A stretch of DNA of 64,000 bases. It comes from Azolla caroliniana (lineage: Eukaryota > Plantae > Polypodiophyta). Of the stretch, positions 61,187-64,000 are shown piece by piece (the stretch's first letter is position 1; each line of letters opens with the position of its first letter). The DNA lies in the NCBI GenBank assembly GCA_043228905.1, contig JBHGNT010000017.1, positions 744,001 to 808,000 on the forward strand, in the 5' to 3' direction. The notes beneath the pieces are model-generated. The model was not told where the DNA came from, ran no database searches, and saw nothing but the letters and a program-made list of their open reading frames with translations. The position numbers and the translations under genes are program-made.

Positions 61187-64000
61187 TGTTGGGATTACGA
61201 TCCCTTCGGATGGGATGGTCGGATGTCGGAGATGAATGCCGACGAGCCCGGTTTCGGTTTCGGATCCGGATGATGAAGACCCCGGCTTCGGTGCCGGATG
61301 ACGAATGTACCCGGAGAGCGATCCGGATGCAGGGACATATCCGTGAATATGTTTGCTATGGGCCCCTGAGGCTATAGTTGTAAATAGCCCCAAAGTCATA
61401 TATGTATAAATATGACTTAGGGCAAACAGTTTTGCTGCTGCTGATCATTTTTCTGTTTTTCCACTCAAGAGGAGTGAAGAGGGAGCAGCCGTGAGAGAGA
61501 GAGAGAGAGATAGAGCGTGAGAGAGGAAGAGGACGACGCCTCTGTGTATTTCCGCCGTCTGTGGCGAGGACAGCGAGCTCAAGGTCGTCGCCTTGCAGCT
61601 CGCCATTGTATACTTCTCAGTATAGTGTTGGTTTGGAGTCTTGTACTCCCGTGGTTTTTCCCGTCTAGGGTTTTCCACGTTAATCCCTGTGTATTCGTGT
61701 GTTTCTCTCTGTGGTTCCTATTTTCTGCTGCATCGATTCGCGCCTACTCGGTTGTGGCCGAGTGGTGAAGGTTAATCGAAGGGTCGATTCCCGACAAACT
61801 GGTATCAGAGCGAACTGCTGCAGAAAATGGAAGGCGGCGGCAGCGGGCAGCCGGGGATGATGGTGCTGAATGCGCAGAATTACGCCGACTGGAAGATCAA
61901 GATGGAGGATCTTCTGATTGTTCGGGACCTGTACGAACCGATTGACAGGTCGGAAATACCGAAAGGGGTACTTGAGTCGGAATGGAGGCTTCTGAACCGG
62001 AAAGCCGTTGCAACCATTCGGCAATACGTCGACGTGAGCGTTCTACAACATGTGGCGAACGACACCAACGCATATGAGATGTGGCGGAAGCTGTCGGGCC
62101 TCTATGAGAGGAAGAATGCGTTGAACCGGACCTCCCTGATGAGGAAGATAGTGAATCTCAAGTACCGGGACGGCGAGAGTATGGTGGAACACGTAAGCAC
62201 GTTCATGGGATTCGTGAATCAGCTTGCGGCGATCAAGTTCCCGCTGGAGGATGCAATGCAAGCCATCATCCTGATGTGTACATTGCCGGAAAGCTGGGAG
62301 AACTTGGTGGTGACTCTCAGCACCTCCTGCACCGAAGATAACTTGTCCCTACAAACGATAAAGACAAGTATTTTGAACGAAGAAGCGCGTCGGAGAGATA
62401 AAGAACCGGCCTCCGACTCGAAGGCGCTGCTTACCGAATCGGATCGGGGAAGACAATGGAACCGGAGTCCGCAAAGACGGGAGAAGTCGGGGACCCGGTC
62501 GCAGTCAAGAGGAAGGCCCACATGCTTCCACTGTGGGAAGCCGGGGCACTTCCGAAAGAATTGTCGGCATTACCAAAAAGACAACGGAGCCGACGACACC
62601 GATTCGAAGAAGTCACCGGAGAGAAACGGTGCATACCGGGGAGCCACGGACCGGAGAGGTTCGGATCGGCGAGGGCAGGACCGGAAAGGAACAACGGCAC
62701 TCGCGGCAAGTGAGGAAGAAATCATGCTCATCACCGAAGAAGGTGAACTAAACATTGCCGGCGATGAGACGACCTGGGTGGTCGATTCCGGAGCATCGTT
62801 CCACCTGACCCCAGAGAGAAGATACTTCTCATCCTACACAGCCGGTGAGCATGGCTGTGTTCGGATGGGAAATGAAGGTACGTGCCGGATTGCCGGCATA
62901 GGAGACGTGTGGTTGACAACCCCGACCGGATGCAAAATGCTGCTGAAGGATGTCCGACACGTTCCGGAGGTTCGATTGAACCTGATTTCGGCCGGGAGGC
63001 TAGACGATGAAGGCTACACAGGTAGCATCCGGAACGACGTAATGAAGTTCAGCAAGGGGAGCCTGATAGTGGCTCGGGCCCGGAAAGACAACACACTGTA
63101 CCTGATGAATGCCCGGTTATGTCCGGAAGAGCTGAATGTGGCAGCCGACACTGCCGGTGAGCTGTGGCACAAAAGACTGTGCCACATGAGTGAGAAGGGG
63201 ATGAAGAGGCTTGCGGAAGACAACCTTATTCCAGTGAAGCATGTGCACCTGGAGAAGTGCACCGATTGCCTGGCCGGTAAGCAGAACCGAACCTCCTTCC
63301 ACTCAAGGCCACCGACGAGACGTAGCGCACCATTGGAGTTGGTGCACACTGATGTGTGTCAGGTAGAAACGAAGTCACATGGCGGAGCCCAGTACTTCGT
63401 AACATTCATTGATGATCACAGCCGGAAGCTGTGGACGGCACCGATGAAGACAAAGGACCAAGTGTTGTCCGTCTTCAAAGAACTCCACGCGAGAGTGGAA
63501 AGGGAATCCGGCAAGAAGCTGAAAGCGATACGAGCGGATAACGGAGGGGAATACCGGGGGCAGTTCCAGGAGTACTGTCGCTCGAAGGGAATCCGACTCG
63601 AGTATACTGTGCCGAAGACGCCGGAACTAAACGGGCTGGCCGAGAGGATGAACCGGACCATAATGGAGAGGGTCCGGAGTATGCTGGCGCATGCGGAATT
63701 ACCCAAGGGGTTTTGGGCTGAGGCGATGTCGACGGCGACATACGTGATAAACAGATCACCCTCAGTACCTTTGGACGGAGACACGCCGCAGAGAGTGTGG
63801 ACCGGTAGGGAAGTATCCTACCGGCATCTGAAGGTGTTCGGGTGTCTCGCATACGTGCATGTGGCAAAGGACCGGAGAGGAAAGCTAGATCCAAAGACCC
63901 GGCCATGCATATTCCTCGGTTACGGCGACGATGAGTTCGGCTACCGAGTATGGGACCCGGTCGACTAGAAGATATTCAGGAGTCGAGACATCATCTTCAT
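61187..64000 (+). mobile_element. Tnt1/Tto1-like Ty1/copia LTR retrotransposon, continuing beyond the window
   Basis: LTR TGTTGGGA...TCCCGACA 61187-61796; tRNA-iMet PBS tggtatcagagc 61800-61811; predicted TSD GGAGC (61182-61186). Confidence 0.93.
61827..63968 (+). CDS. Copia gag-protease-integrase ORF (713 aa) ending at a probable premature TAG
   Basis: LNAQNYADWKIKMEDLL, CFHCGKPGHFRKNC, WVVDSGASFH, LWHKRLCHMS, IRADNGGEY, PELNGLAERMNR; the frame continues after the TAG as KIFRSRDIIF. Confidence 0.88.
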   Translation: MEGGGSGQPGMMVLNAQNYADWKIKMEDLLIVRDLYEPIDRSEIPKGVLESEWRLLNRKAVATIRQYVDVSVLQHVANDTNAYEMWRKLSGLYERKNALNRTSLMRKIVNLKYRDGESMVEHVSTFMGFVNQLAAIKFPLEDAMQAIILMCTLPESWENLVVTLSTSCTEDNLSLQTIKTSILNEEARRRDKEPASDSKALLTESDRGRQWNRSPQRREKSGTRSQSRGRPTCFHCGKPGHFRKNCRHYQKDNGADDTDSKKSPERNGAYRGATDRRGSDRRGQDRKGTTALAASEEEIMLITEEGELNIAGDETTWVVDSGASFHLTPERRYFSSYTAGEHGCVRMGNEGTCRIAGIGDVWLTTPTGCKMLLKDVRHVPEVRLNLISAGRLDDEGYTGSIRNDVMKFSKGSLIVARARKDNTLYLMNARLCPEELNVAADTAGELWHKRLCHMSEKGMKRLAEDNLIPVKHVHLEKCTDCLAGKQNRTSFHSRPPTRRSAPLELVHTDVCQVETKSHGGAQYFVTFIDDHSRKLWTAPMKTKDQVLSVFKELHARVERESGKKLKAIRADNGGEYRGQFQEYCRSKGIRLEYTVPKTPELNGLAERMNRTIMERVRSMLAHAELPKGFWAEAMSTATYVINRSPSVPLDGDTPQRVWTGREVSYRHLKVFGCLAYVHVAKDRRGKLDPKTRPCIFLGYGDDEFGYRVWDPVD

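Noticed and set aside
51025-64000. Bacterial contamination or HGT island suggested by the GC jump and dense ORFs
   Set aside because: Fully explained by LTR retrotransposons with LTRs, PBS, PPT and TSD. The many overlapping and antisense ORFs are shadows of GC-rich coding sequence.

Overview
Eukaryotic nuclear DNA from a land plant, probably a non-seed vascular plant such as a fern (inferred from gene and transposon content, not proven). The background is AT-rich and microsatellite-rich. Three intron-containing genes can be rebuilt with GT-AG junctions: (1) a 5-exon TANGO2/DUF833 (NRDE) gene on the minus strand, 13677-16633, 269 aa; (2) a 5-exon gene for an uncharacterised protein with a plastid transit peptide-like N-terminus, 21737-24234, 216 aa; (3) a 3-exon group Ia stomatal bHLH (SPCH/MUTE/FAMA family), 44215-47559, 555 aa. 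The rest is mostly retroelements. There are two L1-type LINEs with TSDs, one of them with a 5' inversion bounded by a 17-bp TSD, and two Copia solo LTRs with TSDs. From 51 kb on lies a GC-rich cluster: a full-length Copia (TSD ACATG), a tRNA-Trp-primed Ty3/gypsy element broken off in RT by an inverted gag fragment, and a Tnt1/Tto1-like Copia that runs off the window. The most striking signals are a slippery heptamer plus predicted pseudoknot at the gypsy pro/pol junction, the twin-priming-type LINE, a Copia with two PPTs and an LTR-related polyprotein tail, and the SPCH/FAMA-mosaic bHLH. All alignments and folds were done by eye.
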